Shown: one piece after another, positions 49,415 through 58,821 of the stretch | Layout of the letters: each line of letters starts with the position of its first letter | Numbering within the stretch: position 1 is the stretch's first letter | Origin: an uncultured Spirochaetota bacterium | GTDB taxonomy: Bacteria > Spirochaetota > Brevinematia > Brevinematales > JAOACQ01 | Assembly (NCBI GenBank): GCA_963768055.1 | Contig: CAVYGN010000001.1 | Span: forward strand, 288,001 to 352,000 | DNA length: 64,000 bases | Direction: 5' to 3' | Program-made: the position numbers and the translations under genes | Notes under the pieces: generated by a model | The model's database searches: none | What the model saw: the letters and a program-made list of their open reading frames with translations, nothing else | What the model was told of the DNA's origin: nothing

Positions 49415-49481
49415 ATGTTCGCTTTTTTGATTTCGAACCATAATTAAATGTGTCGTTATATTATATAGAAAAGGGGATAAT

Positions 49482-50465
49482 ATGATTCCTGAAACAAAAG
49501 TTATTGCCGTTAAAAAAGCTTTGCAGGAAGCCTTTGGGGTAGATGAATACGAAGATATCAGGAAGTTGACCGCCGGTCTCTCACCCGACCTGATTTTCCG
49601 AATAGTCGTGAATGGAAAGCCGTACCTGCTCCGCGTCATCACCCGCCCAGCAACCGATTACGAACCGCGCCATTTCGCATGCATGAAGGCAGGCGCCGAG
49701 ATCGGCATTGCTCCCCGTATCCGGTACATGAGCGTACCGGACAGAATTTTGATAACGGACTTTATAGAAGCCAGGCCGTTTCCGCTCAATAAGGCAAAGA
49801 CCCTGATGGCCGATACTATCCGCCGGCTGCATGAACTGCCGCCTTTTCCCAGGGTGGTGAATTGGCTTGATTATGCCAATGGTTCCGTTCTGAGAATTCA
49901 GGAAGCAAAAATCCTTCCGGAGTCTGCGACTGGAGAAATCTTCCGGCTTTACAAGCGGCTTATGGATGTTTACCCGCGTGACCAGGATCTGGTTTCCTCT
50001 CATAACGACCTGAAGCCTGAAAATTACATTTTTGACGGGGAGAAACCCTGGCTGGTAGACTGGGAAGCGGCTTTTTTAAACGACCGCTATATGGACCTGT
50101 CCGTTGTAGCGAATTTTGTTGTCAAGAACGATCAGGATGAAGCGGAATATCTTCAGGCTTATTTCGGAAAACCTGCCGACGAATACATACGGGCCCGGTT
50201 TTTTCTGATGCGTCAGGCAGTCCATATGGCCTACTTCAGTTTTATCATGATGCTGGCCTCTATAGGAAAACCGGTCGATCCGGGCAATGAAAAAATAGAT
50301 TTCAGGGACTACCATGACCGCATGTGGGCAGGCGAAATCATCCTGTTTTCAGACGAAGATAGAATACGGTATGCCCGGGTCCATATGGAACAGGCTTTGA
50401 AGAATATGCAGACAAAGCGGTTTGAAGATTCGCTGAAAATTGTTTCCGATTACCGCAGGAAATAA
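49482..50465 (+). CDS. APH/choline kinase-like phosphotransferase
   Basis: HNDLKPEN Brenner motif, LVDWE, DRYMDL. Confidence 0.88.
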   Translation: MIPETKVIAVKKALQEAFGVDEYEDIRKLTAGLSPDLIFRIVVNGKPYLLRVITRPATDYEPRHFACMKAGAEIGIAPRIRYMSVPDRILITDFIEARPFPLNKAKTLMADTIRRLHELPPFPRVVNWLDYANGSVLRIQEAKILPESATGEIFRLYKRLMDVYPRDQDLVSSHNDLKPENYIFDGEKPWLVDWEAAFLNDRYMDLSVVANFVVKNDQDEAEYLQAYFGKPADEYIRARFFLMRQAVHMAYFSFIMMLASIGKPVDPGNEKIDFRDYHDRMWAGEIILFSDEDRIRYARVHMEQALKNMQTKRFEDSLKIVSDYRRK

Positions 50466-50492
50466 TTTCGGAAAACCCGGCTTCCGGCGTTA

Positions 50493-50966
50493 TCAAAAAC
50501 CGGAGAGGGCGTTTTCCAGGATCAAAACCTTCATGCCCGAATGCCGGTATATTTTATTTTCAATATCATCTACATATACTATCGATGTTTTCAAACCGGC
50601 TTCGAGTTTATAACTTTTCCATGACGGATGAATTTTCCTGAACCTGTCCCAATATTCGGGGGCAGGGATCGATAAATATCCGGCGGTTTTAAAAGCGGCG
50701 CGGATAACGCCCGATGCGGCAATCGCGATTTCCGCCGATAAACCGGAAACGAGGCTGTTTACATTATCATCTGCACTGAGCAGCGAACAGTCATCCTTAC
50801 CGAAACTGATAAAAGCGCCGGATTCGATATTTTTTACTATAATCCTGCCTTTTAACATAGAATAAATATAATGCAGGCGAAGGGGGAATGAACCTGCTAT
50901 TGTCTTTTTGTCTTTAAATCTTAAGACGGCTTTTCCGATTCCTATAAATATTTCTTTATCGGGCAT
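50493..50966 (-). CDS. Hypothetical protein
   Basis: ORF with a GAGG RBS before ATG 50966. Confidence 0.55.
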   Translation of the reverse strand: MPDKEIFIGIGKAVLRFKDKKTIAGSFPLRLHYIYSMLKGRIIVKNIESGAFISFGKDDCSLLSADDNVNSLVSGLSAEIAIAASGVIRAAFKTAGYLSIPAPEYWDRFRKIHPSWKSYKLEAGLKTSIVYVDDIENKIYRHSGMKVLILENALSGF

Positions 50967-51156
50967 GATAACTCTTCCTACCTCAGTTAGATTTGAAAAT
51001 ATCCTTTGAGAATCCTTAAATAAAAGATTAAAGAATTTTGAGTTCAATGTCAATAAAATAAATGTCAGCCCGGCAAATTCGACCGGCATTTTTTTTGCTA
51101 ATACAAAGTTTTGTAATATAATAAAGTCCATTGCATATTTTTAAAAGGAAATATTT

Positions 51157-51606
51157 ATGGATTACGCCCCACTTATCTGGCTGGCTGTCGGCCTTATCGT
51201 CTGCGGCCTTGAAATATTAGTCACGGGATTTATAGTTTTCTGGTTCGGGGTAGGGGGCCTGTTAACGGCATTCTTCACACTAATAGGCGTGCTGCCCACA
51301 TTCGAGCTGCAGATAATTTTCTTCTTCATTTCCTCGCTTGCATTCCTTTTTGCATGGTTTTTCTACTTCAAAAAGCTGTTTAAAACCAACAAACATAACG
51401 ATTCCAGGGATCCTACGCTCGACGGCCTGACAGGCACCGTAATAAGCAGAATAGAACCGGGCAAACCCGGCAGGATAAGCCTGCATAAATCCTATCACAG
51501 CATCACCGAATGGAAGGCCGAATCGGAGGATATAATAGAAGAGGGCAGGGAAATAACAGTCACCGAGGCGAAGGGCATTTCCCTTACCGTTAAAGAAAAT
51601 AAATAA
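51157..51606 (+). CDS. NfeD family membrane protein
   Basis: N-terminal TM helices (WLAVGL...LEI), C-terminal OB-fold (GTVI...GRI...WKAES); upstream of the SPFH gene. Confidence 0.85.
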   Translation: MDYAPLIWLAVGLIVCGLEILVTGFIVFWFGVGGLLTAFFTLIGVLPTFELQIIFFFISSLAFLFAWFFYFKKLFKTNKHNDSRDPTLDGLTGTVISRIEPGKPGRISLHKSYHSITEWKAESEDIIEEGREITVTEAKGISLTVKENK

Positions 51607-51621
51607 AGGAGCGTATTTCTT

Positions 51622-52512
51622 ATGGGAATTATTTTAATTATCGCCGCAGTTGCATTTATCGCACTTGTACTGGTTTTGAAAGGGGTAAGGATAGTCCCGC
51701 AGGCCCAGAACCATATAGTAGAGCGGTTCGGCAAGTACGCGACAACCCTCAAACCCGGTCTGAACCTTATAAACCCCCTGTTCTCGAGGATCGCCGACAA
51801 GATCGATATCAGGGAACAGGTATTGGGGCTCCCGAAACAGAGCATAATAACAAAAGACAACGCGACCGTCCTGGTGGACGCCGTGGTTTTCTACAAGGTC
51901 ATGGACCCTTACAAGGCGGCGTACGGAATAGAGAACCTGGAGAACGCGATAATCAACCTCGCCATAACGACCCTCCGCTCCCTGATGGGCAAACTAACGC
52001 TTGACGAGTCGTTTTCCTCGAGAGACACGATAAACCAGGAACTTTTAAAGGCCCTTGACGAGGCTACAGATTCCTGGGGAACTAAGATCACCCGCGTCGA
52101 AATGAAGGACGTAAACCCGCAGGAGGACCTTGCCATCGCAATGGCCCTCCAGAAAAAGGCGGAGCAGGAAAAAAGGGCCACCATCCTGAACGCGGAAGCG
52201 AAAAAACAGGCGGCAATGACGGAGGCCGAAGGCTTGAAACAGGCGCAGATCCTGCAGGCCGAAGGACGCAAGGAAGCCGCTTTCAGGGACGCGGAGGCGC
52301 GGGAAAGGCTCGCCCAGGCGGAGGGCAACGCGATCAAATTCGTCTCCGAAACGCTGGCCCCTTCCGAGGGGAGCCCCCTAACATACCTTTTAGGGCAGGA
52401 ATACATAAAGGGCCTAACCAGGCTCGGAGAGTCGCAGAACTCGAAGTTCGTGGTATTTCCAGCGGATATTCTCGAAACTATTGGGAATATATTCAAGGAT
52501 AAAAATAAATAG
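51622..52512 (+). CDS. SPFH/band 7 (QmcA/stomatin-like) protein
   Basis: VERFGKY, ITKDNATV, TTLRS, WGTKITRVE, AEQEKRA. Confidence 0.93.
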   Translation: MGIILIIAAVAFIALVLVLKGVRIVPQAQNHIVERFGKYATTLKPGLNLINPLFSRIADKIDIREQVLGLPKQSIITKDNATVLVDAVVFYKVMDPYKAAYGIENLENAIINLAITTLRSLMGKLTLDESFSSRDTINQELLKALDEATDSWGTKITRVEMKDVNPQEDLAIAMALQKKAEQEKRATILNAEAKKQAAMTEAEGLKQAQILQAEGRKEAAFRDAEARERLAQAEGNAIKFVSETLAPSEGSPLTYLLGQEYIKGLTRLGESQNSKFVVFPADILETIGNIFKDKNK

Positions 52513-52618
52513 GCTGCGGAAAAAGATTTGCGGATTGCGCAGATGGGTCGCTAGGCCAAAGCCCCCTGCCTTTGCTTTATCAAAATCGAGAGGCTGTTTG
52601 ATAACAATATTGACGACT

Positions 52619-53365
52619 TCAAAAATCTTTTTTATTGGATTTGAATATTGACAAATAATTTATCAGCATTTCTTTTTCCAATCCGGCTACCAGATTATAA
52701 ATATCTTTATAATCCCCTTTTGAATCCGCTTCTCTTATTGCATGATAGTAATCCAGGCGTTTTTCATTTTTTATTATAATAGGGACATAATCGTTTTTCA
52801 TTAGTTCGAAGTTTAATAACAGCCTCGCTGTCCTTCCGTTTCCGTCTACGAACGGATGGATCTGTACAAAATCGGTATGAAGTCTGGCTGCTTTTTCAAT
52901 AGGGTGAAGATCTGAATTTTTATGCCATTCCATCATTTTTTCGATTTGCCCTTTAACCAAATAATGGTTCGGCGGCTTAAATTCCGATCCCTTAATATAA
53001 ACATCAACATTTCGATATTTACCCGCATTATCTCTGTCAATTCCTTTGAGAACAAGCTGATGAATATTTTTAATTGTCCACTCCGAGAAACCTTCTTTAT
53101 TTTCTATTATATCATAAACATAATTAATCGCCTCGAGATGATTGACCGCCTCAAGATGCTCTCTTAAAGATTTTCCTCCTACAGTAATACCTTCAAGGAC
53201 GACTTGAGTTTCTCTTAACGTTAACGAGTTTCCTTCAATAGCGTTTGAATTATAAGTCCATTTGAGCGAAATATTTTCTCTAAGACTTTTCAGACTTTCC
53301 ATTGAAAAAGGTCTGTATGAATCAAGTTCTTTTTTAAGATTATCAATTTCCTCATATTTTGCCAT
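52619..53365 (-). CDS. Fic family protein (class II, with N-terminal inhibitory motif)
   Basis: HPFVDGNGRTAR catalytic motif and SNAIEGN inhibitory motif. Confidence 0.93.
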   Translation of the reverse strand: MAKYEEIDNLKKELDSYRPFSMESLKSLRENISLKWTYNSNAIEGNSLTLRETQVVLEGITVGGKSLREHLEAVNHLEAINYVYDIIENKEGFSEWTIKNIHQLVLKGIDRDNAGKYRNVDVYIKGSEFKPPNHYLVKGQIEKMMEWHKNSDLHPIEKAARLHTDFVQIHPFVDGNGRTARLLLNFELMKNDYVPIIIKNEKRLDYYHAIREADSKGDYKDIYNLVAGLEKEMLINYLSIFKSNKKDF

Positions 53366-53458
53366 TTTATTATTTCCTTAATTAATTCCCGCCGGTGTCA
53401 CCTGCCTTTCTATAAAGAATTATAATACTGTAATATTCTTTTTTCAACAGATTCGAAC

Positions 53459-53554
53459 TATTTTAACGGTGTAATAAGCGATGTAAGAATATATAATAGA
53501 GCGCTGTCGGCAAGTGAAGTAGGGGCATTGTATAACGAAAATAACCGTAAATAG
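53459..53554 (+). pseudogene. Orphan 3' fragment of a LamG/concanavalin A-like domain gene
   Basis: Translates to YFNGVISDVRIYNRALSASEVGALYNENNRK*; in-frame stop at 53423 and no start codon. Confidence 0.75.
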
Positions 53555-53685
53555 GCGAATAAAAATGATGCCGACAGATCCTTCTTTGTAATGGGCGTTT
53601 TTTAAATTACTTTCTCTGCGGGCCCGGTTCAGAGCTTCATTATTCTGTACATAATATTGTACAGATAGATTTAATATCCGTCAAG

Positions 53686-55863
53686 CTACTGCACCGCTGC
53701 CGCATTTTCGCCGTTCCCGAGCGGCAGGGGATAGATCAGGTACGGCGCATCGGCCGGGCCGTAGTACGAGTTCATCAGATCCTGGGCCGACACTTTTATA
53801 TAGTAAGTCCCCGCAGCCAGGTTAGTGTTTATCTCGATAAACGCCATGTTGTTATACTCATTGGTCGTCGACGATACGGATATCGAGCCTTCGCCTGAAT
53901 ACTGGACTGTAGACAGCGCCGAGCTGTCCCCGCTGCTTGCCGACCGGAATGCCCCTCCTGCCTGATCGAAATTCTGCAGGACGTTCTGAGAACCGTCAAG
54001 CAGCTGCACATTTGACACAGGAGGGTTTCCGGCGACAGGGGTACAGAAAGTAAGCCTGAGACGTATATAACCTGATGAAGTCACTGTAATTTTATAATAA
54101 TCCGCCTGGCCTTCGCCCGCGATGAAGGCGACATTGGTCCGGACTATGATCGACGATGAAAGGGAGATCGACGTCGCAGGGGTCTGGTCCTCGGAACTTT
54201 GGTCTATTATACAAGCTTTGTATCCTCCAGTTACAATTGCAGTATCGCCTGATTCTATGCTTAAAGCACTCCATAAGTAATATGCTGAAAAATTTCCTTG
54301 GACCAATTGTGGAGTAAAATGATAAACCGAATTCTGTGTCTGCCCCCAGGCGGCGTTAGTGAACATGTCCGCGACCTGAGGATAGTCCTTGAACAACTGA
54401 ATATTAGAAGCGTTATGCCAGGTCTTTACGAAAGAGTTGTAGTACTGCTTAGGGAATAACGGGACCCATACCCCCATGTTCGTGGCGGTTTCCTGCCAGA
54501 TAGTAGTCTTCGCGTCGCTTAAATACTGGCTGAATAAACCCGCCAGTGTCGGGTCGAATTTCTGGAGATCGTTCAGGATATCGTAAAGCCTTACATAATG
54601 GGCCGCCGGATCGTTCGAGGGCTGGATGTACTTTCGCATGTTCGTGATATAAAACGCTATATCCGACGGTATCGATGTGAATGTATTATAAAATCCCTTT
54701 ATAGTGTTCGGCATGGAGGACGGAATATTCTGCTGATAGTTACCCATATCGCATTGTATAAGGTTTACGTTGACCTGGGTTGCGCTTGCCGCGTCCTGCG
54801 CTCCGTTTAAATAATTGGAATAGTTCCATCCCTGATTGGCTTCAGGTCCGGGAGAACCTATAAGAAAAGGCGTTACATTATAATAAGCGTAAATATCCTC
54901 CAGGTTTCCGCTGTAGCATGTATCGAACCCGAGTTTTCCCACCTGCCCGAATATAGTCGATATCGCCTTGTTTATCTGTGAATCGAAGAGGGTCATTCCT
55001 GTATTATCGTTAAAAAGTACTGATCCGAACTTTTTAAGGCTGGAATAAGGGTTGAAATTTCTCGGTTTTCCTATATTTCCTGTATAATAAGCCGACTCCT
55101 GGCCGGGCTGGATACTGCACGAGGTAAACATTCCGCCTAACGGGATCGACAAAATGCCTAAGGCGATCTCCTCATAGTCTATGTCAATCTTCGATTTCTT
55201 TTTAAAAGATATTCCGCCGTTAAGCGGCCAGATCCCGTCCCCATGTCCCCACATAATAAGAGTTATGCTGCTTCCCGGATAATTATAATTCGTCTTGAGA
55301 TAATTCAATACGTTTGATAATGTAACCGGGTTGCATGCGTCCGGATCGGGGGGCATATACACCCTGTCGAACCGTTCTATGCCTGCTGCAGAAGCCGTAT
55401 TATTGTTATTCGAGTTATTGTAATTTATGGTAAATAGTCCGCCGGGCTTGACCCAGGCCGGAAACACGTTGTAATCAACGGAAGCGTCGATATATATGAA
55501 TATCTTGGTGTTCCAGCCATTATAATAATTATAATCCCATACATTCTGCGAATAATTAAGACTATCGGCTACAAAAGTCTGGTTTATATTCTGAATCGCG
55601 TAAGACTGTAGATTACAGCCCGAACCCATATAAATCAGAATTATGTTATTCACTGGGTTACCGGTTGATTTCTTGAAGCTGTCCAGGCTGTATAAAAATG
55701 TATCCTTCCATATGGCTGGATGCTGAATACCGGAAGGCGTGGATGACGAAGAGGACGAGCTGCTTCCCCCGCTATTTCCGTTATTTCCCGGGGTTACCCC
55801 GCAAGCCGTATACGTTGAAAGTATTATCCCCATTAAAATAAAAACAATCGATATACTTTTCAT
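53686..55863 (-). CDS. Clostripain-like (peptidase C11) lipoprotein with a C-terminal PPC-like beta domain
   Basis: Lipobox YTAC and Ser-rich linker; LIMWGHGDG (His), LGFDTCYSGNLE (Cys), LIGSPGPE...GWNY; C-terminal DYYKITV...LAAGTYYIKVS. Confidence 0.75.
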   Translation of the reverse strand: MKSISIVFILMGIILSTYTACGVTPGNNGNSGGSSSSSSSSTPSGIQHPAIWKDTFLYSLDSFKKSTGNPVNNIILIYMGSGCNLQSYAIQNINQTFVADSLNYSQNVWDYNYYNGWNTKIFIYIDASVDYNVFPAWVKPGGLFTINYNNSNNNNTASAAGIERFDRVYMPPDPDACNPVTLSNVLNYLKTNYNYPGSSITLIMWGHGDGIWPLNGGISFKKKSKIDIDYEEIALGILSIPLGGMFTSCSIQPGQESAYYTGNIGKPRNFNPYSSLKKFGSVLFNDNTGMTLFDSQINKAISTIFGQVGKLGFDTCYSGNLEDIYAYYNVTPFLIGSPGPEANQGWNYSNYLNGAQDAASATQVNVNLIQCDMGNYQQNIPSSMPNTIKGFYNTFTSIPSDIAFYITNMRKYIQPSNDPAAHYVRLYDILNDLQKFDPTLAGLFSQYLSDAKTTIWQETATNMGVWVPLFPKQYYNSFVKTWHNASNIQLFKDYPQVADMFTNAAWGQTQNSVYHFTPQLVQGNFSAYYLWSALSIESGDTAIVTGGYKACIIDQSSEDQTPATSISLSSSIIVRTNVAFIAGEGQADYYKITVTSSGYIRLRLTFCTPVAGNPPVSNVQLLDGSQNVLQNFDQAGGAFRSASSGDSSALSTVQYSGEGSISVSSTTNEYNNMAFIEINTNLAAGTYYIKVSAQDLMNSYYGPADAPYLIYPLPLGNGENAAAVQ

Positions 55864-55905
55864 CAAATTACCCTCCGAATAATTTGTCGATAAATAAAAT
55901 AATTG

Positions 55906-55932
55906 CCCCGCCCCTATTTAAAAGAGGCGGGG
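55906..55932 (-). terminator. Probable intrinsic terminator/stem-loop
   Basis: Minus strand ccccgcctct-tttaaat-aggggcgggg (10-bp stem with one GU pair) followed by a U-rich tract. Confidence 0.6.
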
Positions 55933-55945
55933 TATCAGGTTTTAT

Positions 55946-58129
55946 TTAATTTCCCTGTACGATAGGTACTGCGGTTATATGTATGCATGCATTAGGGAAA
56001 TACTGCATACCGCTATAATCATAAGTTACATTTCCCGATGTTACTGAATAAACATTATAATCGGTAAACCCACCGCCCTGGTTATAAATTCTTTGGGTCC
56101 CGGTCTGGGTATAATTTGTAAATATATCTCCTTTTATAAGTGCTAAAGGTACATAATATATGGTATGGTTTGGGTCTTGGTATCCGCTAAAAGCACCGTA
56201 AGTACCGTTAGCGGCCGAAGTGAGTGGAGTGATGATACTCCAATTCCCGGTATATGTGTTGTATGTATTATTAGGTTGAGGATTACTTTGGGGAATATTT
56301 GTTGACGAGGTGCTCTGCGATCCCGACTGGCTTGGATAAGGCGGCAGATTTAAAGCCGGGAATGATACGGGCTTATAATTATACAGAGTTTTCCATACCC
56401 CTGTATAACGGTCAGTAAATAAATTATTGTTCGCAGACCTTGCATATGAACCACTTGATTGAAGATTTACAGTAGTCCTCATCTGGGCGCATACTATACC
56501 CCTGACTGAGTCGTTCATAGTGATAGACGGCCATTCGATCGCTTCTTCTGATATCGAGGGGCCCGTATATTGGCAATTTGCAGGGGCTATAAATATCAAT
56601 CTACCATTATTATTCACAGTTAATGCCGCATTCATGCTGACACTTCTACCATAAATATATACGTTATCATATATTTTTATTCTGTCGCAATTGAGAGCCT
56701 GCGGGCTGGACCATGTACCGGGATAAATAAGCTGAAAGGCATTGATTGATCCCGATATAGCTGTTATTTGCTGCGAAGGATTATCGATCCCCAGGTATGA
56801 AAAACCTATATTATTAACATTAGAGATATCGATCACTGAACTGAATTCCTGTGAAACATAATTGTTTCCTATTGCCGGCCATACCTGTATCGTTATATCC
56901 CCCCATTTTGCAAAAGGAAATCCGCCTACTGGGATATAATAACCGTTGGTATTTACTGTAAGGTCGTAGGTGATATTCGTAGTAAGTCCTGCAGTAAAAG
57001 GAGTTTTAACCGTCAATATGGTATTTCCCGAAGTATTGTCGATCAGAACGAACTTTGATGCGTTTACGACGCTTATTTTAAGATTCCAGTTGACCCACTT
57101 TTGCAGGGAGTTTAATTTTGTCCAGGTGTCAATAGTAGGCCTTCCATAGCCGTCGACCGCACCGAGATAATTATTATTCGTTAAATAAGCCATTGTCCAG
57201 ATCGGCGCTGCGTTCGAATAGAACAAAGCAGTCGTCGATGTGTCTTCCGGGTTCTTGCTTAAGAGGTTTAACGTAATGTATCCCTCCGGTGCAAAATTGT
57301 TAATGACCGGAGCCGGAAGCTGTGATACCGGCAATACCAGGTATGTGATGGAATTGTTGCTTATAAAATAAAGGTTGTCAATTTCAATAAGCGGATAATC
57401 GGGCAGATATGGTTGATTGGTTATGTATAGACTATACCTGTCGGCGGACATTATCGTACAGGAGCCGTTTATTTTCGTTTTCGAACCTGCTATTGAACCG
57501 CTGGCGTTTGTGTAGTAAATGTATAAAACCAACGCCGGCGAACTTACCATCTGGTTAGGCATTGAAAGGACGATCCTTGAATTATCCACATCATACGATG
57601 CCGTAGGACTGTTTGTGAGGGTAGTATTGCCGAAGTAATAGTTCGTACCCTGGTACGCCGTCCCGTTCAGGTCAATAAAACCTGTTACGCTTAATTCCGA
57701 ATACTGATTATACGAACTGCCGTTAGTTCCTGTGATTACGATCTGGTTTGCGCCCGCCCCGCCCTTCCCGCCATACCCGACATTAAAACCCTTTGTCGAG
57801 ACAGCGCCGCCAGCGCTTCCGGAGAAAACAAGAAGAGATTGGCCATTCCCCGTAAATACTGCCGTTCCCGTGGTCCAGTTTACGCCGTTTCCGTTGAAAG
57901 TGATCTGCACCTGGCCTGCGGATGGTACGGTTGTGATCGTAGGCGGGGCTATATTCTGCCCTTTCGATGGATTCGGGGCTGCCGATGAGCTTGTTGTAGT
58001 AATACTGTTTGTCGAATTGTTCATGCTCGGATCGTTCATATGGCAGGATGATGAAACAAGGAGCATAAGAACGCCGAATAAAGAAGAGAAATAATAAACC
58101 AAAAACTTTTTCACTTGTGGTGTAACCAT
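55946..58129 (-). CDS. Large Asn/Thr/Ser-rich beta-structured lipoprotein of unknown function
   Basis: Lipobox SSSC, low-complexity linker, GGAGG RBS. Confidence 0.7.
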   Translation of the reverse strand: MVTPQVKKFLVYYFSSLFGVLMLLVSSSCHMNDPSMNNSTNSITTTSSSAAPNPSKGQNIAPPTITTVPSAGQVQITFNGNGVNWTTGTAVFTGNGQSLLVFSGSAGGAVSTKGFNVGYGGKGGAGANQIVITGTNGSSYNQYSELSVTGFIDLNGTAYQGTNYYFGNTTLTNSPTASYDVDNSRIVLSMPNQMVSSPALVLYIYYTNASGSIAGSKTKINGSCTIMSADRYSLYITNQPYLPDYPLIEIDNLYFISNNSITYLVLPVSQLPAPVINNFAPEGYITLNLLSKNPEDTSTTALFYSNAAPIWTMAYLTNNNYLGAVDGYGRPTIDTWTKLNSLQKWVNWNLKISVVNASKFVLIDNTSGNTILTVKTPFTAGLTTNITYDLTVNTNGYYIPVGGFPFAKWGDITIQVWPAIGNNYVSQEFSSVIDISNVNNIGFSYLGIDNPSQQITAISGSINAFQLIYPGTWSSPQALNCDRIKIYDNVYIYGRSVSMNAALTVNNNGRLIFIAPANCQYTGPSISEEAIEWPSITMNDSVRGIVCAQMRTTVNLQSSGSYARSANNNLFTDRYTGVWKTLYNYKPVSFPALNLPPYPSQSGSQSTSSTNIPQSNPQPNNTYNTYTGNWSIITPLTSAANGTYGAFSGYQDPNHTIYYVPLALIKGDIFTNYTQTGTQRIYNQGGGFTDYNVYSVTSGNVTYDYSGMQYFPNACIHITAVPIVQGN

Positions 58130-58152
58130 AAGACCCTCCGATATATATTGTT

Positions 58153-58812
58153 TTAATGTGCTGTCGCATTTCCGGTATTCAGGAGATATCTGCTGCCCTT
58201 TATCGAAAGCCAGATATCGTAATGTCCGAAGGAATTAATCATAATACCTGACCCTCCCGTGCCAGTTATCTGCGTGTCAATAATGGTCAAGCCGTCAGAC
58301 CCGTATCCGTTGATAATAAATATTACGTTATTGTCCGCATCATAATAATTCCATTTTACCGTAATATGCTGAGTGTCGTTAGTAAACACTGCGCTGTTTC
58401 CTAATGCTGTTAGTGTTACAGTAATGGATTGAGACTGCATAACAGGCGAAGCTATTGTCAGGAACTTTTTTTCAGTAGTGATGCCGTCATACGTATAAAA
58501 AAATATATACGGTAGTTCGTCTGAATTAGAAATCCAGGAAATGTTCGAGCTTCCGTTCGCCGCAGTCGGTGATAACTGATAATATAAATCTGTTGAAGTA
58601 GTTATAATATCGCAATTGATCGAACATATTTGATAATAAGGATCGGTTGTCGGGCCTGTCCAGGTTATTGCGTATACATTAGGTGATGTTGTATTCGTAT
58701 TTGTATTGTTCTGAGGGCCCGGATCGGTATTGAAAAGACCGCAGGATGTAATAGATATTGAAGAAAGAAAAAAATAAATAATTAAGAAATAGATTATTGT
58801 AATATTTCTCAT
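58153..58812 (-). CDS. Hypothetical lipoprotein
   Basis: Lipobox ITSC, Thr/Asn-rich linker. Confidence 0.7.
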   Translation of the reverse strand: MRNITIIYFLIIYFFLSSISITSCGLFNTDPGPQNNTNTNTTSPNVYAITWTGPTTDPYYQICSINCDIITTSTDLYYQLSPTAANGSSNISWISNSDELPYIFFYTYDGITTEKKFLTIASPVMQSQSITVTLTALGNSAVFTNDTQHITVKWNYYDADNNVIFIINGYGSDGLTIIDTQITGTGGSGIMINSFGHYDIWLSIKGSRYLLNTGNATAH

Positions 58813-58821
58813 AAAAGTATA

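Noticed and set aside
52513..52618. Possible tRNA or att site at the island boundary
   Set aside because: No cloverleaf or T-loop motif and no second copy within the window.
53459..53554. LamG fragment considered as a DGR template repeat
   Set aside because: No matching variable repeat and no reverse transcriptase in the window.
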